Assembly (NCBI GenBank): GCA_964187785.1
Contig: OZ076414.1
Span: 51,708,001 to 51,772,000 of the forward strand
Origin: Amphiscolops sp. MND2022
Lineage: Eukaryota
DNA length: 64,000 bases
Direction: 5' to 3'
In this document: piece by piece, positions 12,601 through 25,815 of the stretch
Numbering within the stretch: position 1 is the stretch's first letter
Layout: every line of letters begins with the position of its first letter
Program-made: the position numbers and the translations under genes
The notes under the pieces: model-generated
What the model saw: only the letters and a program-made list of their open reading frames with translations
The model's database searches: none
Told to the model about the DNA's origin: nothing

Positions 12601-15600
12601 GGCGTTTGAATTGGAATGTTGCTTCATTTTATTTTTTAATTTTAATAATTATCTGGCCAGAGATTTTGAAGTCTGGGTTCTGGTCTGGGCCAGAGACGTT
12701 GTGAACAATGTCAAGATCTTGCCCCCATCTTGCCCCAGACTAAAAAATCTCAAGTGTGGAAACCTTGTTATTTCAAGAACTTGAAGAGAATCATGTCTTA
12801 CGTCGCAATAAGTACATTTCCAACTGACAAAGAGACGGTGTTTGCAAATCCACCAATAGCACTGAATGCATAAACCACTGGTCTCAGCGGGTAGATCAAC
12901 ATCACACTCTGCAGGGTGTAGCCCACAGACCACAAGACTAAAACACAAAATAATGGGAGAAAAACGTTCTTTTTTCCTGGAACCCAATAAATACAGCCAG
13001 TATCAACGATTCCAAATCGCTGAACAGCTATATAGAACATACATGGTGTCACAGCCTAGAGCTTGTGTTGGGTCCGTAATGCAACGATAAAGGCAAATGA
13101 CCCACCCATCTACAGCCAAATCAGAAAATTCGTCAATTTATGAAACTCATTTTGTATCTATTTATGTATGAATTTTGATTACTAGCGATACTTGAATTTG
13201 TTTGTTATTATTGCTAGCCACAATCGTAAAACAATAATCATTCATAAATAATTTACCAGTTGTTACAAGGCGTTAACTTATTTGACACATAATACCGCTT
13301 AGTACGAACTCTGGTGAAATGAATAAACTATACCCGACTTCTACGAAACATTAACGCATACTGACTTGAGTATTTGAATTGAGTTGCTGTACTAAGTTTG
13401 CAGCATATTGCAGTACGATTTCGCATTTCCAATACTTTTAATCATGACATTTGGAAGTATGATTCATCATAACAATCTGATCACACGTGCTGTAATGTGT
13501 TGGAATAATTACTTGTACTACATATGAGTCATACTACATGCTGTCACGATTTTCTCATTAACGTTGAACAGATCGGTACAGTTAGTGTAATAACCAATCA
13601 AAACGCAGGAAAATATTCGTCATGCAGGAATCTATTTACAGAAGTGATGTAACTTACAAACCTATTTTTATACCAAATTGGGTACTATTTTTAGTGATTA
13701 CATCATTATGATGTAAGCATGACATTCCAAAAATTGGCTGTCAAGTTGCTAACTTTAGCCCAAATAAAAAAGAATAATCAATCAACAAAAAACTTCAGAC
13801 CGATCAAACTTTTTTTTCATTCCTTTCAACCTTTTGTTCTAACTTTGATAATCTGACATTATGTACAATTTCTTCAACTTTATTTCAACCCTGTTTTACT
13901 TTAATTTTAATTGAAATTCTTCTCTCCAAAACAGCATTTTAACTTGACTAAAATGGGTCTAAATAAGAGAAATAGAAGATCTAGATGAGGACAATCACCC
14001 TCGCTTGAGAACGAGTTGAGAACATCCGAAATAGAAACATCACAAGGTAATGAAACTGTTATCGAAACTTTAAGTAACTTTGAAAATGTTCATTCAGTAA
14101 GGGACGATGGAGCAGTATTAGATAGCGGAACACAGAATGAAAATGAAATGCAAATCTGGACCCAAAGAATATCTGACAAGACGAATAAAGAAGTAGCAAA
14201 CTTAAGGAAAGAGATGGACGAAAAACTAGAGAAAGTGCTGAGAGAGATGAAAAATAGCAGAAGAACACAATCCGTACCAAGCAGGAGACATCAAGAGCGA
14301 AACACCCCCAGAGCGGAAACCTCAAATTATATAGATAACGAAGGCGGTAAAGAAAACGCATCTGAGCCAAAAAATCAGGAAAATGAAATACGAGATAGTC
14401 ATTTCAGACCATCTAATATGAATGAACTTAGAACGCCAATGCAACCTCTGAGTATGCGAAACATTGATTTAAATGACTCTGTGGTCATAAATGAGGACCG
14501 CACAGGAGAGGATTATCACACATGGTTTTTTGAATGGTCAGCCCGGGATTCAGTTCAAACGTGCACTTTCGATTGAAAGTGATAACTTCAATATTTCGAT
14601 TGTGATTCTCTATCTGAAAACATATTTTTGAGGTCCGAACAACTGCTCATCGATCAAAAATTTCGGGTTGGTAAACTTTCTTCATTTAATTCTCAGAATT
14701 TCAATTATTAACTTTTATTAAGGTCATCAGGAGACCTACTAGCTTAAGCAACTCAACTTTTCCATTTATGTACAAGCAATTTTTTGTTCTGATTGCTCAT
14801 AGTTCTTGAGTTGCTTAAGTTATTATATCTATTATCCTAGTATACAAGTCTGATGACCATAACAAGGCGCCCGCTTAGCACCGGGATATTTTCCGCCGTT
14901 TTCGCCTTCACTAACTAAGCCATAGCTATTTTGGGAGGGGGGAATAGGATCTAAAAAATAAGATCTTAAATTTAGTAGTTTTAGATCTTGTTCGCTTTAC
15001 ATCTTATTCCCGTCCTGAAATTTTAGGTCTCATTCCCATAAGATCTTATTCCTTTTTTTGACTTTATATCTTATTCCCCACTCATAAGATATTTAGTTAC
15101 TTGACTATTTTAGCTACTAGCTATTCAAGTAACTAAGTGAGGTCGGGAGGAGATTTGGCAGAATTTGGAAAAAACGCATCACAGATCATGATTTTCCTCC
15201 CCCAAATTTATTTGTGGGGTCGGAAAATAACAAAAGTTGATAATTGAACTGATGTGAATTATATGAGGAAAGTTTAACAATCCGAAACTTTCGAGCAATG
15301 AACGGAGTTGTTCGGACCTCAAAAATTATGAGTCATCAGAAGAAAAATTGCTTGTACTTGAATGGAAAAGTTAAGTTGTTTGAAAACATATCAGTTGTAA
15401 ACTAAATGCCCTGACAACTTATAAGTGCATGCTTGATATTTCATCGCATGTTTCATTTCGAGGACTGAAAATTTATTCTTTAAGGTTGGCCATTCTTGTG
15501 ATCAGTATTATAAAAGCTGTTTGCAAATCAAAAGTTACATGCATCAATCAATGTCTTGTCTTATAAGTGTTTGAAAGGCAGTAGTCGAAGAATCTGTTCA

Positions 15601-18600
15601 ACATATCCGTATGAACAAGGTGCCAAGAGAAAGTCAAAGTTGAGTAAAGACAATAAAGTTGAACAAAAACAACACAAATTGTTTACTTTTCGTTATTGGA
15701 ACATTAGAACTGAAAGCAAAGTGTTTGACCTCGTACCGTGAAAAGATGCACTAGAAATGAATGTAACAAAACGTGGACCCCACAAAATGGCCGATTTGTT
15801 TGAATAATTTGTTCGGCCGATTTAATAAATGTAACAAAACGACTGATTTTGTAAATGTAACAAAACAGTCGATTTTAAAGCGTAGCACAAGGACCTGATC
15901 AGCTAGCTACGTGGGGGAGCGAAGCGAATGCCATCCCGGGTTGACCACCATACGAAATGTAGAAATGAAATCAGTTCAGCCATAAAATGACCATACAAAA
16001 AGATCTATGGTTATTTCATGAGAAACATGTTTCCTATACTATGGTCATTTCATGGAACGAATGGTTTCCATAGTTAGTTCAAAATTCCTCCATAGTTCCT
16101 CTGTCTAACACGGTGACTTTTTTCGGTTTTTCATCTTTAAAACTTCAAAAACATACTTTAAAAACATGCATTCCATGAAATAACCATACTTTAAAAACAT
16201 GGGTTCAAATTATGAGTCCTATATGACTTGTTTTTTGTGAGGATAGTAACAGAAGAGCAGGTTTCATCAAAGTGCCATACTTCAAAAAACATGATTTCCA
16301 TAAGAGGGCCATACTTAAAAAATATGGTATCCATAGAATGACCATACTTGAAAACATGGTTTCCATAAAAGGGCCATACTTGAAAACAAGGTTTCCATAA
16401 AAGGCCATACTTGAAAACATGGTTTCTATGAAAGGGTCATACTTGAAAACATGGTTTCCATAAAAGGGCCATACTTGAAAACATGGTTTCCATAAAAGGG
16501 CCATACAGTTATATGAAATCATGCAATTCATACATTGATCATATATGGAAAACATTAAAGTCATAACAAGAACATAAAATGTTTTTTTTTTGTATGGCAA
16601 CTAATTTCCATATATGGAAACATTTTATGGTTTGCATGTCAGGTTTCAACCCGGGATTCATTGAATAGCTCTCGTTTTGACGAAGGCTTACCCGGGTAAT
16701 ACAGCCAATTATTTTTACCGTTTCAGAGACGCTAATTTTGCTATATGCAAAAATCGACCTTTTAGTTACGTTTTCGAAATCGGCCATTTTGCTATGTCGC
16801 CATTTGTAGTGCATCCAACAGAACATAATTTTCATAATGCAGAGAAACTTCCTACAATTTTGAGAAATCAATTTTGATTCTTTTGGCACTGTTTTTCATG
16901 ACAGTTTGATGTTTCCATAGAGGCTCATAGAGCTTTTTTCTTGACCTTGATATTATTGGAAGCCAGTGGAAGGGAAAAGGTTCAAAAATTTCAGAGGAAT
17001 GTGGCATTCAAACTTTTCATGGCATTGGCAATTTAGCATTTGTTACTTTTCAATGTTTCCTAGGCATATAAAGGCGTATAAATCACAAAGATTATGTATT
17101 ACAAACTCCATTCAACTCAGTATGGATTCCACTACAGAGGTTGACTGAATGCTAGCAGAACATTATGTTCAGTGAATAGTGAAAAACGGCTTTAGATAAT
17201 TCTTTCTATCGGATTTCAGTTTTCTGCAGCACATTATGTAGTGATATTCCTCAACGTTTACGATGTCACAACAAAGTGAACATCCAGTTCTTCGTAAACC
17301 AAATAATTTCTCTGCAAATTGCGGGAGTACTAGTGGTGCACATCTGAAGTCAGTGTGATTCTGTTTTCTTGCGGATATTATTCAAATAAGCGTCAAGATT
17401 AAACTTTGGGAGCGGGAGCGGATCACTATGCAGACGGTTAAACAAGTGAACTCCCGTAGAACGCTTATTCTATAAGCAGGTTTTCGAAAGCAAGTAGCTT
17501 TTTACTGTTATTATCACATCGTTGGACCTAATTGTTTGAAATTACTGAAATATTGAAGCGACATAGTTTTTTTCCAGAAACTATTTCTTACTTCTATACT
17601 TCAACGAGTGTTCCAACACGATAGGATACAAGAAAAAGTACTAACCCATCGCTTATGCGAGGTTTTGCTGAGGTTTTAAACAAAAACAGTGATTTTCTAC
17701 AAATGGGTTGTTCATGATGAGTCAGCAGAATTGAGTGTCTTTAGCTTTTCAGTATCCTAATTTTTTTCCAATTGAAAGCTGTATGGTCGCTTTCTTGCAA
17801 CTGATAAGTCTCTCATCGGCGCTGGATGTGAGTTAGGTTGAAGCCTTTAAATTTACACGTTGTCATCGTTACCTAGACTAACGCCAGTGATCGGACTGCT
17901 TTTTCATTTTTGTTTCTTTTTCTCTGAAATCCTTTGAATTCAATAGTCAAGACTGTTGGAACTTCTGAGCTATTTTTTTAAGCAGAGTTATTTTTTTTAA
18001 ATTAAAAAAAAGAACTAGAAAACTCAGAAAGTTACCGGTGGTATATTTTGTAGAATGACACTGCAGTTTCCACTAATAAAATTAAGCTTCTCCAGTAGCA
18101 CCCCGAGGATGACCCTAATTTGCAGTTTAGAGCATGCCTAAGGTCATTTTGCATTGAAATGACAGTAAAATTGATAACAAAAGATTTACATTTGAAAACA
18201 AACATGTTTCTCAATGAATCCTTTAAAGGCCTTAAATTACCGCCAAAGTTAGGATGCTTTTTCAAGCAGCTTGATAAAAGTGAAATAGAGCAGGGAAATA
18301 TTTTAGCATCAAAGTCTCCGCACGATGTTTAGAAAATTTAGTTGGTGACCACTTTAAAGGACATGCAAAACAATAGTGAGCAATTTCAACAAGGGTGAGT
18401 TGTATTCGATCGTGATAAATAGGGCAACCGCGATTTGCCTTTTATTTTTTAAAATTTTGCCCTTTATTTGCCGCCCTTTATTTTGAAATTTGCCCCTTAT
18501 TTGCCCTTTATCGGCAGGCGTTTGAAAGCGAGGATTTAACAAAAAAGTCAAATTCGTTTGTTAAAGTGAAATGGTACAATAAATGCAAATGTAATTCTTG

Positions 18601-21600
18601 ATATTTGTAACATCAAAATTACGGTCCTTGGCTAGCATCTTGAGTTGCTAAATGGTTATTTCTGAGAAACTCCTGTACACAAACTCGCACGGCTCGTATT
18701 TCTCAGAAAAGGGGTGAATATATACGAAAAAGTACAAGATTCGATGTATTTTGCCTTTTTTGCCTTTTATTAAACTTTTTGCCCCTAACCCGTATTTCTG
18801 CCCTTTTTGCCCCTATTGCCCTTTTGCCCTTTTTGGTTGCCCTAGTGATAAATAAGACGTTGCGATGCATCAGACGATGCATCAGACGTTACGATGTCCA
18901 ATATGATCAATGCATCAGAACATCATCGCACTTGGTTTAAATTAAAGAAAAACGTGATGATAGTTTAGAAAAAAGAAACAACTAACTCATGAGATGTTTG
19001 ATGTGAACATATCGAACCAAAAAAGGAAGTAATAACGGAGTGGGGATGCAGACAGCCCAGTTGAGGGTCTGGGTTTTGTATCCATTGATAGGCGGGTCAG
19101 TTGAGTCCAGAACTATCACCTAAGGTCAAAAACTTTACTAAAACTAATCTGCTCTTTTCAAGTTTTATAAGTTAAGAGTTGAATTTCACCATGTAAGTCG
19201 CTTAGTTGGTTGGGTGAAAGGATGTGGCATATGAAACAGCAGTTGTCGACGGATTTTTTGTTCATTTTCATTGAATTATGTAATCGTCATTTATACATTT
19301 CCTTAACGCTCTTCATAAGAATCTTGTCAAGATTCTTACCGAAGATTCAACCAAAATACAAGATTCCTATTATTAAGAATTTCAAGAAGTTTCTCATTGG
19401 GATTACACCATACTCCCCTGTAACCACTCAACGATGCTATCTTTTGAGCACGTCGTTTCAACAATATTTGTATCCGAATGACGTGACTTGTGACAACTAT
19501 AATGATTTCACTTTTATTCAGCTTCAAAAAGTATATTCATCTCCATGAAATGAAATCTCTTTTGGACTATTGTAAGAAAATGGGATTAAACAAAACATGG
19601 TTTGAAGTCTTTTAAAACGTAAAACTCCTACAAATTTGAGGAATTGGTGCAATCTCTGCCAACACGCAATATAATTGACGAACTATTAGGCCGACAAATT
19701 AGATTTTTTAATGACTGTTGATCCTTTTCGAAAAAAATGCCTCCGAACAAACACTTCTCGACCAATCAGAGAATTCCTCCGATCTGAACTCATGAGACTT
19801 TCATGCAATTCCACTCATGGAACCACATGATCATCACAATTCCATGGATTACATGCATAGAATCATATGATTTCATGCATGGATACGTACAGAATAACAT
19901 AATACTTCGAATGGAATCATATGAACTCAGCGCAATCTTGGATAACAGTTATGATAACGAACGTAGTCCAAAGCTACACCAATTGACAAAAATTTTCTCG
20001 TTTTTGTCGGGTTATTTTCCAAAACAAAGTTCATGTAAAATCTATTTAGAATAGTGAGACTCAATTTAAAGGTCTTATCGTGTATATAATTAGAGTGGGT
20101 CTTTTGTTGTCCAATGAACACCGAAGCTGTTTTCAAACGTCAACTGACTCATAGAAAGAATAGATATTTTGGTCAGTTCACTAAAATCACACTTCTATAG
20201 GTAGTATTTATTTAAGGAGTGAGGAATTCGTGCAATCTTTGCCAACACGCAATTGATCCGACGAACAATTAGGCCGAGAAATTTGATTTTTTAATGATTG
20301 TTGATCTTTTTTGAAAAAGGGGCCTCTGAACAAACACTTCTCGACCAATCAGAGAATTCCTCGAATCTGAACTCATGAGACTTTCATGCAATTTGACTCA
20401 TGGAACCACATGATCATCATCACAATTCCATGAATTACCTACATAGAATCATATGATTTCATGCATGGATACGTACAGATTAACATAATACTTCGAATGG
20501 AATCACATGAACTCAGCGCAATCTTGGATAACAGTTATGATAACGAACGTAGTCCAAAGCTACACCAATTGACAAAAATTTTCTCGTTTTCGTCGGGTTA
20601 TTTCCCAAAACAAAGTACATGTAAAATCTATTTAGAATAGTGAGACTCAATTTAAAAGTCTTATCGTGTATATAATTAGAGTGGGACTTTTGTTGTCCAA
20701 TGAATACCGAAGCTGTTTTCAAACGTCAACTGACTCATAGAAAGAATAGATTTTTTGGTCAGTTCACTAAACTCACACTTCTATAGGTAGTATTTATTTA
20801 AGGAGTGAGGAATTGGTGCAATTTCTGCCAACACGCAATTGATCCGACGAACTATTAGGCCGACGAATTAGATTTTTTAATGACTGTTGATCCTTTTCGA
20901 AAAAAATGCCTCCGAACAAACACTTCTCGACCAATCAGAGAATTCCTCCGATCTGAACTCATGAGACTTTCATGCAATTCCACTCATGGAACCACATGAT
21001 CATCACAATTCCATGGATTACATGCATAGAATCATATGATTTCATGCATGGATACGTACAGAATAACATAATACTTCGAATGGAATCATATGAACTCAGC
21101 GCAATCTTGGATAACAGTTATGATAACGAACGTAGTCCAAAGCTACACCAATTGACAAAAATTTTCTCGTTTTTGTCGGGTTATTTTCCAAAACAAAGTT
21201 CATGTAAAATCTATTTAGAATAGTGAGACTCAATTTAAAGGTCTTATCGTGTATATAATTAGAGTGGGTCTTTTGTTGTCCAATGAACACCGAAGCTGTT
21301 TTCAAACGTCAACTGACTCATAGAAAGAATAGATTTTTTGGTCAGTTCACTAAACTCACACTTCTATAGGTAGTATTTATTTAAGGAGTGAGGAATTGGT
21401 GCAATTTCTGCCAACACGCAATTGATCCGACGAACAATTAGGCCGAGAAATTTGATTTTTTAATGATTGTTGATCTTTTTTGAAAAAGGGGCCTCTGAAC
21501 AAACACTTCTCGACCAATCAGAGAATTCCTCGAATCTGAACTCATGAGACTTTCATGCAATTTGACTCATGGAACCACATGATCATCATCACAATTCCAT

Positions 21601-24243
21601 GAATTACCTACATAGAATCATATGATTTCATGCATGGATACGTACAGATTAACATAATACTTCGAATGGAATCACATGAACTCAGCGCAATCTTGGATAA
21701 CAGTTATGATAACGAACGTAGTCCAAAGCTACACCAATTGACAAAAATTTTCTCGTTTTCGTCGGGTTATTTCCCAAAACAAAGTACATGTAAAATCTAT
21801 TTAGAATAGTGAGACTCAATTTAAAAGTCTTATCGTGTATATAATTAGAGTGGGACTTTTGTTGTCCAATGAATACCGAAGCTGTTTTCAAACGTCAACT
21901 GACTCATAGAAAGAATAGATTTTTTGGTCAGTTCACTAAACTCACACTTCTATAGGTAGTATTTATTTAAGGAGTGAGGAATTGGTGCAATTTCTGCCAA
22001 CACGCAATTGATCCGACGAACTATTAGGCCGACGAATTAGATTTTTTAATGACTGTTGATCCTTTTCGAAAAAAATGCCTCCGAACAAACACTTCTCGAC
22101 CAATCAGAGAATTCCTCCGATCTGAACTCATGAGACTTTCATGCAATTCCACTCATGGAACCACATGATCATCACAATTCCATGGATTACATGCATAGAA
22201 TCATATGATTTCATGCATGGATACGTACAGAATAACATAATACTTCGAATGGAATCATATGAACTCAGCGCAATCTTGGATAACAGTTATGATAACGAAC
22301 GTAGTCCAAAGCTACACCAATTGACAAAAAATTTTCTCGTTTTTGTCGGGTTATTTTCCAAAACAAAGTACATGTAAAATCTATTTAGAATAGTGAGACT
22401 CAATTTAAAGGCCTTATCGTGTATATAATTAGAGTGGGTCTTTTGTTGTCCAATGAACACCGAAGCTGTTTTCAAACGTCAACTGACTCATAGAAAGAAT
22501 AGATTTTTTGGTCAGTTCACTAAACTCACACTTCTATAGGTAGTATTTATTTAAGGAGTGAGGAATTGGTGCAATCTCTGCCAACACGCAATATTGATCC
22601 TACGAACTTTTAGGCCGATAAAATTGATTTTTTAATGGTTGTTGATCTTTTTTGAAAAAGAGGCCTCCGAACAAACACTTCTCGACCAATCTGAGAATTC
22701 CTCAGATCTGAACTCTTGAGACTTTCATGCAATTCCACTCATGGAACCACATGATCATCACAATTCCATGGATTACATGCATAGAATCATATGATTTCAT
22801 GCATGGATACGTACAGAATAACATAATACTTCGTATGGAATCATATGAACTCAGTGCAATCTTGGAAAACAGTTATGATAACGAACGTAGTCCAAAGCTA
22901 CACCAATTGACAAAAATTTTTCTCGTTTTTGTCGGGTTATTTTCCAAAACAAAGTACATGTAAAATCTATTTAGAATAGTGAGACTCAATTTAAAAGTCT
23001 TATCGTGTATATAATTAGAGTGGGTCTTTTGTTGTCCAATGAATACCGAAGCTGTTTTCAAACGTCAACTGACTCATAGAAAGAATAGATATTTTGGTCA
23101 GTTCACTAAAATCACACTTCTATAGGTAGTATTTATTTAAGGAGTGAGGAATTGGTGCTGGAGGAGTGAGTAATCCACAAGCATGGAACATTTTCATGAT
23201 ACTCACCTATCAATCCTAAGCATATTATTTGGAAGTTACATTCATCGGAACAACGCGCGAGGAGTGTTAATTCCTTACAGTATAGGGGACATTACCGTTT
23301 TAGGATGAATTTCACACACTAACACCTCTTATCCAATGAACAGAACAGTTTGAGAAGAATTGAGTTCGACGTTTAGGGTAAATTTGTAAGTAAGCTCTTG
23401 TTGTTTGGTTTTACACTGTTAAGTTGATTCTTGGAAAACGGATGATGGAAAACGCTGTCAAAAAATTCAATACAATGAAAACTTTCTATTGTCTGTTTCT
23501 GTGTCTGAGAAAAAGTTTTTTTTCAAAAATTTAACGTTAATTTCAGCAAAAAGTTCCACTTTTTTGCCGTGTATTGCGAGTTAAAACTGTCTAAAAATCG
23601 CTGCGCATTTTCTCAATCACGAACACTTATCCAAATTTGACACTAATGTACATACAAACAAGCTGGGAACGGCATAACTCAGCGCCATACCTAAGGCTCA
23701 AAAATAGCAAAAAGACTTTGTAGTGTCAAGTATTCTTTTCTAGAGTACCCGAAAAACCCAAAAGTTGGACCGAAATGACGTGTTAACAGGGGATCCTTTG
23801 GGCTTTTCCAGGATCCATTTCGTTGCAATATATCAAAAAAATGCAAGGGGACCCTCTGAAGACACAATGCCGAAAAAACTGAAAGTGGGACCTTGTAGTC
23901 TCGCCCGGTAATCTATGTTACGCTGAAAAAAAGGAACAACTTTTTTTAGTTGAGTTCCCTGGGTGAAATGGTTCAATTTGACACCTTAAAGTTTCGTAGA
24001 ACTTTCAAGAACTACTTTGGTCAGTTCGTGTGGATTAAAAAAGAGTCACTGGTATAGTCGCGTTTCACTTCATGAAGCGCCGACTAAAAAATAATTTTCG
24101 AAAAATTCATTCCTTACGGCAATGTTGCTGGCTCCGTACAATGAGACACTGATGAAGAAGAAACTCAAGTTGACCGGGAGAAGTGCTCTGAATGACTCAT
24201 CCTTCGTGACGTAATTGTAGGAATTCCGGATATAGGTTGCCAT
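6430..24243 (-). CDS. UNC-93-like / MFSD11-like MFS membrane transporter gene, multi-exon; 3' end probably decayed
   Basis: Phase-compatible GT-AG exons: 24243-24118 (MATY...NLSFFFISVSLYGASNIA), 23273-23207, 18072-18036 (tentative), 17343-17282 (tentative, weak donor), 12937-12802 (VGYTLQSVMLIYPLRPVVYAFSAIGG), 10744-10607 (KNSGLWYFFQMASLLLSNTIVYIAF), 9918-9727, 8872-8723 (FLGMECGFWMGV), 7917-7838 (GVMGFCVGIGEI), 7033-6871. Motifs are collinear with MFSD11 as I recall it (GRNSGIFW, TGLELTFFSGV, FIGIGEI). Confidence 0.8.
8945..10438. mobile_element. Two small putative DNA-transposon remnants with CATTCC...GGAATG ends (8945-9464, 10050-10438)
   Basis: Short terminal inverted hexamers. Internal motifs tttcttagtctgag/ctgggcca of the first copy recur at ~12650-12750. 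No TSD found. Confidence 0.35.
12120..12480. repeat. Dispersed repeat, copy 1 (copy 2 at ~14866-15210; inverted terminal piece at ~11170-11188)
   Basis: Both copies start cgcccgcta/tagcatc/ccgggatattttccgcc and share tandem AGATCTTATTCCC-like motifs. Confidence 0.7.
13047..14520 (+). mobile_element. Ty3/gypsy solo LTR (1474 bp) in an intron of the MFSD11-like gene
   Basis: TGTCAC...TATCACA flanked by a perfect 5-bp TSD CATGG (13042-13046, 14521-14525). Internal gag-like ORF (ATG 13953, MGLNKRNRRSR*, continuing 14016-14520). Confidence 0.9.
14866..15210. repeat. Dispersed repeat, copy 2
   Basis: Collinear similarity to 12120-12480. Confidence 0.7.
16270..16510. repeat. Minisatellite, about 8 copies of a ~31-bp unit
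   Basis: Unit consensus GGGCCATACTTGAAAACATGGTTTCCATAAAA is directly visible. Confidence 0.9.
18420..18844. mobile_element. hAT-superfamily MITE
   Basis: TIR TAGGGCAACC...GGTTGCCCTA; perfect 8-bp TSD GTGATAAA on both sides; subterminal TTTGCCC repeats. Confidence 0.92.
19638..23158. repeat. Tandem array of six ~585-bp units with an A/B dimeric higher-order structure
   Basis: Unit starts at 19638, 20221, 20807, 21390, 21976, 22560 and a 13-bp partial at 23146. Identical spurious ORFs recur at a 1169-bp period. Confidence 0.97.
23790..24090. repeat. Dispersed repeat (second copy at ~35325-35640)
   Basis: Shared blocks atatcaaaaaaatg..ggg..ccct, caatgccgaaaaaa, tagtct.gcccggta, agttccctgg, gcgccgactaaaa. 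Confidence 0.75.
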
Positions 24244-25815
24244 TGTTTCCCAATGTTGTACTCCGCAGCTACGTACCGTAGGGTTACTAATAAACTATAA
24301 CACTCAATTAGCTGCAGCCTGACACCACTACTTTTTGTTTGTAGCTTTTATTGACTTAAAGCAGTTGATAAAGAATGGAACAATCGTGCAAGTCTTCTTA
24401 TTAAAGAGTACTTAGAGATTAGAGTAGACTTGAACTGATATTGAAACGAAGGATTCTGACAGCGTCCAAGATTTGAGGCTTCAATAGTCAAAGCGTCGAA
24501 ATTTTGTAAAATAAGACTTGAGTCAAAAACCTGATTGGGTGAAATTAATGTGCAACAAGAACTTTTATTGATTACGTAATTGCATTTTAGGGATGCAAAA
24601 TGTGATAGTGGTGTCGATTAGGATTAATCTCAGAATCGTTTGGTACCTTCAATCCACTGCTGTTCAATAGAATTGGTTTCGAATGGTGCCTTCCTTTTAA
24701 AAGAGAATGACTTTAAAATTTAAGTTTTCGACAATTACTTTTCGGCGCTTTGAAATCCCTGTAATTGAATTTAGGTAGAACTTTATAATTATTAACGAAT
24801 CAAAAGTTGAACGATCAACTTTGAGTCGAGTTTGAGAAAATACAAGTTTCTTATTGGACAAATAGTCGATGGCCATCTCGATAACTAACAATATTGCATC
24901 TCAAATAACGACATTTCAGTCAAAAGTCGAACTTAGTTTTGGAAGCAATGCTATTTCAAGCGACAAAAGATTAGTGCTGCTTTATAACGCTTTCTTTATC
25001 CCTGCATGGAGAAAATATTATATACATTTTTTTTGAGTTATTTAAGGTTATGACAAGTCGAAAATATACCAAGACTTCAGAGGACTTTCATCCTTGAAGC
25101 AGCGATTCAGGATACAAAACATGTACCTGATACTTCAAATCTATTTGTCTTCTGTGGTATTGAAATTATAAATTACATTGATGTGCTGTCATAAAAGCCG
25201 ATTGAACTGTAAGCGGAAACCAGTTTTCAAAACGATCCAACTTCAAGGAACTTTCCGCACTCAATTTGTTCATTAGATTGATTTGAATCTCGAACTTCAA
25301 CTCAGCTGTAAGATATGAAAACCATACGTTCTATGTTCTATTGATTATTGATTTCCGCCTAGTTACAAACCTGATTTGCATTGCATCCACCAAATGATGG
25401 CTCTGATTGATTATCCACTAATCGCTATTCCGCCTCGTATAATAATAACCCCCTAATAAAAGTTGCACTATATATGAGAGAGAAAAATGAGAAAAACGAG
25501 GGCAACTTCGTCAGCTAGAAGACAGGTTTGCCTAAAATGCATTTTTCGTTTTTCCCCTGTACACAAGGCTGTTTACCTTATATTTGATTCAAAGCTGCCG
25601 CACCTAAAGAGATGGGGCTTTTAAGCACGGGACGGACTCCCATCGACAGACTGACACTTTTTGCCTCCTTATCGCTCACGGAAATGTCCTGTTAGACGGA
25701 GACTTAGTGTAGGATTCTTGACTTTTTCACACATTTCATGATGTTTCTGTATTTTTATATCATCCTAAGTTTTGACAGTTGAGATCGCTTTTTGACACTA
25801 ACGAAATCGACTTAC

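Noticed and set aside
15760-15910. Helitron-like 3' end (TGTAACAAAAC repeats, GCGTAGCAC...CTAG)
   Set aside because: Hairpin and 5' end not identifiable; too weak to call.
19803-23061. Repeated 62-83-aa ORFs (MQFHSW..., MKTASV...)
   Set aside because: By-products of the satellite unit; frames break between units and show no domain features.
19595-23210. Idea that the satellite split a duplicated transporter exon (MFHACGLLTP / KFVGVL flanks)
   Set aside because: Needs several frameshifts, and the similarity to the 17.3-kb exon could be chance.
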